From Myxococcota bacterium (GTDB taxonomy: Bacteria; Myxococcota; JACRCW01), in NCBI GenBank assembly GCA_040752415.1, contig JBFMGU010000127.1, positions 1 through 30,363 on the forward strand: a DNA stretch of 30,363 nt, given 5' to 3'. Under the pieces are notes generated by a model. It worked only from the letters and a program-made list of their open reading frames with translations. It ran no database searches and was not told the DNA's origin. A program made the position numbers and the translations under genes. Shown here piece by piece: positions 27,956 through 30,363 of this stretch. Each line of letters begins with the position of its first letter. The stretch's first letter is position 1.

Positions 27956-28338
27956 CGTGACGACGTGGAGGCGCTGCAGCGCGGGAGCTGGCGGGCCACG
28001 GCCTCCCAGTTGCGTTGCACGGCGCGGTTCTTGAGCTTGACCACGTAGAGCGCCCCGTCAACGCGCACCAGCGCGCTCTGGCCGCCCACCGCCAGGATCT
28101 CCAGGCGCCCAAAGGCCTTGTCGCCGCGCTCATACACGCCGGAGGAGGTGTTGCGTCCGTCGCCACGACGCAGCACCACGGTGGGCTCCATCTCCTGGTT
28201 GAAGCCCACGCCCACCAGCTGCACGCCGTAGCTGGCTGGCAGCGTCTGCACGCCACGCTGGGCTTCCCCGTCATGGATGCACGGCAGGTGCGGCGCGGCG
28301 GTCAGGAGGGTCAGGAACGTCAGCAGCGCCGCATCCAT
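27952..28338 (-). CDS. Small exported beta-rich protein (128 aa), PilP/GspC-HR-like pattern
   Basis: AGGAGG RBS before ATG 28338 and signal-like MDAALLTFLTLLTAA. Core QLVGV...VVLRRGDG...YERGD...EILAVGGQSALVRVDG. The stop overlaps the otsA start (GTGA). Confidence 0.65.
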   Translation of the reverse strand: MDAALLTFLTLLTAAPHLPCIHDGEAQRGVQTLPASYGVQLVGVGFNQEMEPTVVLRRGDGRNTSSGVYERGDKAFGRLEILAVGGQSALVRVDGALYVVKLKNRAVQRNWEAVARQLPRCSASTSSR

Positions 28339-28363
28339 GAAGGATTCCTCCTGTTCTCCGGGG

Positions 28364-29002
28364 TCATTCCCGTCGTTCCAGCACGGCCTCCACCGCTGCC
28401 ACGCACGCCTCCACCAGCGAGGTGCCCGACGGGATCTCCGCGGGCCGCGGCCCCACCGTGAAGCGGAACGAGGCGTAACCGGCAATCAGGCCCGCCACCA
28501 TCAACGCCGCGTCGCGCGTGTCTCTTCCCGCGCGTCCCCCACGACCTGCCAGCACGCGCGCCAGGAGCTCCAGGTACTCCCCCAGCGCCACGCGCACCGA
28601 CGGAAAGCTGCTGGCGTCCTGCATGCAGATGCCGCGCGCCTGGTGCATGATCACGAACCGGCCGGGCAACTCCCGGTAGAACTCCAGGTGCGCCAGCACC
28701 AGCCGTCTCACGCGCTCCGGCCGCGCCAGGGTCAGCAGCTCCTCCATCCGCAGCCCTTCCCGGAAGCCCGCCTGGATGAGGTCCACAATGGCCGCGAGGA
28801 TGTCGTCCTTGTCCTTGAAGTGGGCGTAGAAGCTGCCCTTGGCCACGTCCGCCGCCTCGGTGATGTCCTCGATCCGCGTGAGGTACACGCCGCGCGTGCT
28901 CATCACCCTGAGCGCCGCGTCCAGCAGCGCAGCCCGCGCCCGTTCCGTCTTGCGCTCACGCCGGGATCCCCGCGCCGCCGCGCCCGCTGACTGCATGGTC
29001 AT
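28364..29002 (-). CDS. TetR/AcrR family transcriptional regulator
   Basis: RAALLDAALRVMSTRG...TRIEDITEAADVAKGSFYAHFKDKDDIL (TetR HTH). Confidence 0.93.
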   Translation of the reverse strand: MTMQSAGAAARGSRRERKTERARAALLDAALRVMSTRGVYLTRIEDITEAADVAKGSFYAHFKDKDDILAAIVDLIQAGFREGLRMEELLTLARPERVRRLVLAHLEFYRELPGRFVIMHQARGICMQDASSFPSVRVALGEYLELLARVLAGRGGRAGRDTRDAALMVAGLIAGYASFRFTVGPRPAEIPSGTSLVEACVAAVEAVLERRE

Positions 29003-29021
29003 GGAATGACCAGCTAGTCAT
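28988..29021. promoter_or_regulatory. Two tandem palindromic TGAC-N6-GTCA boxes (candidate TetR operators)
   Basis: TGACTGCATGGTCA (28988-29001) and ATGACCAGCTAGTCAT (29006-29021) overlap or abut the TetR start codon. Confidence 0.7.
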
Positions 29022-29035
29022 GTTTGCCTGGGCAG

Positions 29036-30363
29036 TCAACCTGGAGGCATCCCGCCGCGCGTTCCTCCGTGCCACAGCTGGAGCTGGCCGGCGTCGGCGG
29101 CGTCGGCCAGGGCCAGCCACAGGAGCTCCCGCACGCCGGGACGCTGCGAAGCGGTGGAGAGCTGCAGGCGGATCCAGCCGGGCCCCAGCTCCATCAGCTC
29201 CGCGGTGGCGGCCTCGTCGGCGGTGGCCATGGCCTTGCGGGCGGCGGCCAGCACGTCGCGCACGGGGCGGTCGCGGGCCAGCATGACTTCCAGGGTGGCG
29301 GGAGGCGCGGTGCCAAACCGACGCAGCGGGTGCACCAGCAGGTGCAGCATGGGCACGTTCAGGGTGCCGCCGCCCTCCGGGACCAGCGTCATCTCGGACA
29401 GGCTCACGCTCACCACCTCGCCGGAGACGCCGCCCACCTGCACCCAGTCTCCCGGCTGCACCGCCCGACGCCACAAGAGCACCGCACCCACGCCCCACGC
29501 GGCGAAGGTGGGGACCGTGCCCAGCAGCGCGGCGCCCGCGGCGGCCAGCGCCAGCCTCTCCAGCGGCGTGTCAAACCGACCAAACGCCGCCGCCACCACC
29601 AGCGGCGCCACCGCCAGCGTGATGAACACCGGCAGCACCGCGCGCAGCACGGGGACGCGTTGGGGCGTGACGCCGCGCCACACCACGCGCCGGGTGCCCA
29701 CGCCGTCCAGCAGCAGGTGCAGCACGCGCAGCCCGGCGTGGAGGGCCACCATGAGCAGCAGGGCCAGCACCAGGGAGGGGAGGGCGCCCACGCCGCCTTG
29801 CAGGCCCTGCAGGATGACGCGACCACCCCACGCCAGCCACCGGGTGAGCAGCGCGCGCGTGGCGTCGAACTGGCCCATGATGGCCGCCACGGTGGCGCCC
29901 AGCGCCAGCAGGTAGGCGAGGATCCGACCGAAGGAGAGCGAGACCGCCAGGGCTCCGCCCACCGCCTCCGCGCTGAGCAGCGGGACGTGGAACACGGTGA
30001 GCGGCGTGAGCCCGTCGCGGCGCTGCTCCAGGATGGTGTTGGCGCGGTCAAAGGCGCGCTTGAGCTGGCGCAACGCCGCAAAGCCCAGGAGGCCCAGGAA
30101 GACGGAAAGGAACAGGTGCAGCGCGGTCTGCTGCAGGCGCCCGCGCATCATCTGGGCCGGCACGAACTCCAGCAGCCGCGCCTCGATGTGCTCCGCGTAC
30201 GCCTCCAGCGTGGGGAAGGCCGCGGCGCGCGCGTCCTCGGGGTAGAGCGCCGCCACCAGGTATCCGCGCACGCGGACCAGCGCCACGCCTTCGCTCACCA
30301 CCACGCGCGCCAGCGGGGCGCCGGGCTCGGCGGGCTCCTCGGCGTCAATGGCGGCGGTCAGCG
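29036..30363 (-). CDS. MscS-family mechanosensitive channel domain protein (5' end outside the window)
   Basis: Multiple TM helices, then VQPGDWVQVGGVSGEVVSVSL...VP (MscS beta domain). The frame stays open to the window end. Confidence 0.75.
   Translation of the reverse strand, partial: LTAAIDAEEPAEPGAPLARVVVSEGVALVRVRGYLVAALYPEDARAAAFPTLEAYAEHIEARLLEFVPAQMMRGRLQQTALHLFLSVFLGLLGFAALRQLKRAFDRANTILEQRRDGLTPLTVFHVPLLSAEAVGGALAVSLSFGRILAYLLALGATVAAIMGQFDATRALLTRWLAWGGRVILQGLQGGVGALPSLVLALLLMVALHAGLRVLHLLLDGVGTRRVVWRGVTPQRVPVLRAVLPVFITLAVAPLVVAAAFGRFDTPLERLALAAAGAALLGTVPTFAAWGVGAVLLWRRAVQPGDWVQVGGVSGEVVSVSLSEMTLVPEGGGTLNVPMLHLLVHPLRRFGTAPPATLEVMLARDRPVRDVLAAARKAMATADEAATAELMELGPGWIRLQLSTASQRPGVRELLWLALADAADAGQLQLWHGGTRGGMPPG

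Overview
This is a GC-rich bacterial chromosomal segment, most likely from a myxobacterium or other Myxococcota (inferred from an AgmX/PglI-like C-terminal domain, tandem FHA domains, a Cys-rich Ser-linker lipoprotein, many two-component proteins and the lnt-prfB pair). About 25 CDSs are supported. Housekeeping genes: ferredoxin, moaC, lnt, prfB with its programmed +1 frameshift, a cold-shock protein and otsA. Signalling genes: a GAF-HD-GYP phosphodiesterase, a hybrid kinase, a kinase with two receiver proteins, an NtrC-type sigma54 activator and a TetR regulator. Several proteins have no known function. I found no tRNA, rRNA, CRISPR array or transposase. The most unusual items are: (1) a stand-alone Gly/Met-rich protein (6983-8248) whose two helices resemble the Bsp22/EspA/needle class of type III secretion filament proteins, with a sigma28-like promoter and its own terminator; (2) a branched-polyamine-synthase (BpsA, GDDD motif) homolog fused to an apparently non-cleavable AdoMet-decarboxylase-like domain and coupled to a winged-helix-like unknown gene; (3) a tandem gene pair sharing an integrase SAM-like domain with no catalytic domain; (4) a TetR gene with twin operators heading a PilP/GspC-like, otsA, acyltransferase run. 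All family assignments are by eye from remembered motifs; no searches were run.
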